This document shows, piece after piece, positions 62,651-64,000 of a stretch of 64,000 bases of DNA. The translations under genes were made by a program, and so were the position numbers. The stretch is from an uncultured Synechococcus sp. (GTDB taxonomy: Bacteria; Cyanobacteriota; Cyanobacteriia; PCC-6307; Cyanobiaceae), in the NCBI GenBank assembly GCA_913050565.1, contig CAJWZW010000001.1, forward strand, positions 14,214-78,213. The letters run 5' to 3'. Numbering within the stretch: the first letter of the stretch is position 1; each line of letters starts with the position of its first letter. Under the pieces are notes generated by a model that saw nothing but the letters and a program-made list of their open reading frames with translations, made no database searches and was not told the DNA's origin.

Positions 62651-64000
62651 ATGCTTGAAGCTCAGGCCCACAGCCACCTCAAGACCCTGCTCCGGCAGGA
62701 GGAATCAGACTGGCCTCACCACCTCACGCTCAGCCGGCTGGTGGGGAGAAGCATTCGGCGTGGTGACAGAACTCTGCTGCGTCTGCCTCCCAGTCCGGGA
62801 GAACGCTGGTGGCTCGGGCTGCTGATGCCGCTCTGCCTGCAACCAAGCTCAGCGGTTCTCGTGCTGACGGAACCCCAGAGGCAACGACTGCTTCAGGTGG
62901 AGCTGCCGAGACTGAGAAACCAGGGGTTTCGACTGGCCTGCTGGAGCGGAAGCACCCCGCCACCCTCTGAGCAGCTGTGGCTTCTGGATCATGAGGGGCT
63001 GATCCGCGCTTACCGAAGCCAACAGCTGAAACAGCGGTCTCTGCTGATTCCAGACATCGACCAGTTGAGCTGCCGCCTGCGCCAACACCTGGCGATCAGG
63101 ATTGATGCAACGCACTGGGAGGAGCTCCGCCAGGCCCTGCCGCAGGCCGATCCCGCCCTGCTGGAGCTCCATGACCGCCTGACGCGTCAGCTGTTTCACG
63201 ATGCAGCCCGGCCGGACGCAAGGGTCCGCCTTGATGGAAGTTCCGTTCAAAACCTTCGTGATCTTCTTGGGGTCATGGGCCCCCTGCCATCGCCCTGGGC
63301 GGCTTTCCTGACCACGAACATCAACCAGTGGGCCAGCTGGGCCGAGTTGGATCACAGGCTCCTGCAATGGCGCTGGTGCCTGGAACCTCTGGAGCCGTTG
63401 GAACTTCTGCCGGGGCTGCTTTGCGATAACCCCACCTTGATGCTCAGCCAGACCGGTGAAACATCGCGACTGGACAGGGAATTACTCGATGCCGAATCGA
63501 CGCCGGACGTCACCGCATCCCTGAGAGAGGCGGAACTGGTGGAGCCACTGCCCCTCTTCGCTCCCCGCCGTCAGCCCCTCCCCAACACGGAGATCTATGC
63601 CCAGCATTTGCTGGAGCAGTGTCGACGTCTGGTCCTCGGACGCACAGGACTGACCATCGTGCTGCTCGATGATCCCGCCCTGCGGCGAACGCTGACGGCA
63701 GGCCTCGCCGCTGAATTCGGCTTGCGCGTGCAGGAACAGAGCACAACGCCGGAAGCGAACGGCGTGATCAGCTCAAGCTGGAGCTGGTGGCTGCAGCATC
63801 AGGAACATCTGCCGGAGCCGGACCAGCTGATTGTGGGGCTCCTGCCGATCGCAAGTCTCAGCGATCCCCTGACGGCAGCCCGGGTGGAACGCCTCAAACG
63901 GCTGGGCAACGACTGGTTTCGCACACTGCTGCTTCCGGAAGCCCTGCGCTTGATTCCGGCCGCGCTGGCTCCCCTCCGACGATCGGGCGGACGGCTGGCC
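62651..64000 (+). CDS. DinG/Rad3-related helicase-like protein (3'-partial, runs off the window)
   Basis: ATG 62651 gives MLEAQAHSHLKTLLRQEESDWPHHLTLSRLVGRSIRRG; later PLPNT and DWFRTLLLP motifs; absent from the ORF track because there is no stop in the window. Confidence 0.8.
   Translation, partial: MLEAQAHSHLKTLLRQEESDWPHHLTLSRLVGRSIRRGDRTLLRLPPSPGERWWLGLLMPLCLQPSSAVLVLTEPQRQRLLQVELPRLRNQGFRLACWSGSTPPPSEQLWLLDHEGLIRAYRSQQLKQRSLLIPDIDQLSCRLRQHLAIRIDATHWEELRQALPQADPALLELHDRLTRQLFHDAARPDARVRLDGSSVQNLRDLLGVMGPLPSPWAAFLTTNINQWASWAELDHRLLQWRWCLEPLEPLELLPGLLCDNPTLMLSQTGETSRLDRELLDAESTPDVTASLREAELVEPLPLFAPRRQPLPNTEIYAQHLLEQCRRLVLGRTGLTIVLLDDPALRRTLTAGLAAEFGLRVQEQSTTPEANGVISSSWSWWLQHQEHLPEPDQLIVGLLPIASLSDPLTAARVERLKRLGNDWFRTLLLPEALRLIPAALAPLRRSGGRLA

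Overview
This is a GC-rich chromosomal segment of a marine Synechococcus (picocyanobacterium). Bases ~6.3-32.2 kb hold a complete phycobilisome (PBS) rod gene region running from tRNA-Phe(GAA) to ptpA. It contains aplA, cpcL, the linkers cpeC/mpeD/cpeE, lyases cpeS/T/U/Y/Z/F and mpeY, PE-II (mpeBA), PE-I (cpeBA), pebAB, R-phycocyanin (rpcBA) and rpcT/E/F. Gene content (no mpeC, mpeU or rpcG; no CA4 island genes) and diagnostic residues point to a low-PUB, green-light specialist (pigment type 3a-like). The flanks are core housekeeping genes (nrdR, rps1, metK; panC-cmk, purM, hemF, rodA, psaD, trpE, gshA, ppc, recF, speD, cobO, moeB, crtD, tyrA and others) plus tRNA-Cys and tRNA-Arg. I found no integrase, transposase, prophage or CRISPR array. 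Most of the window is known biology. The most promising unexplained signals are: (i) a two-hairpin candidate sRNA with RpaB/HLR1-like promoter repeats between cpeF and cpeZ; (ii) a CpcD-like capping-linker motif in the uncharacterised 'unk11' protein; (iii) a lower-GC accessory gamma-type linker cassette between cpeA and cpeZ; (iv) Nif11-type proteins as candidates for an unassigned PUB-attachment step; (v) apparent non-canonical starts for panC-cmk and recF; (vi) a leader hairpin just upstream of all three tRNA genes. All assignments are by eye, with no database search.
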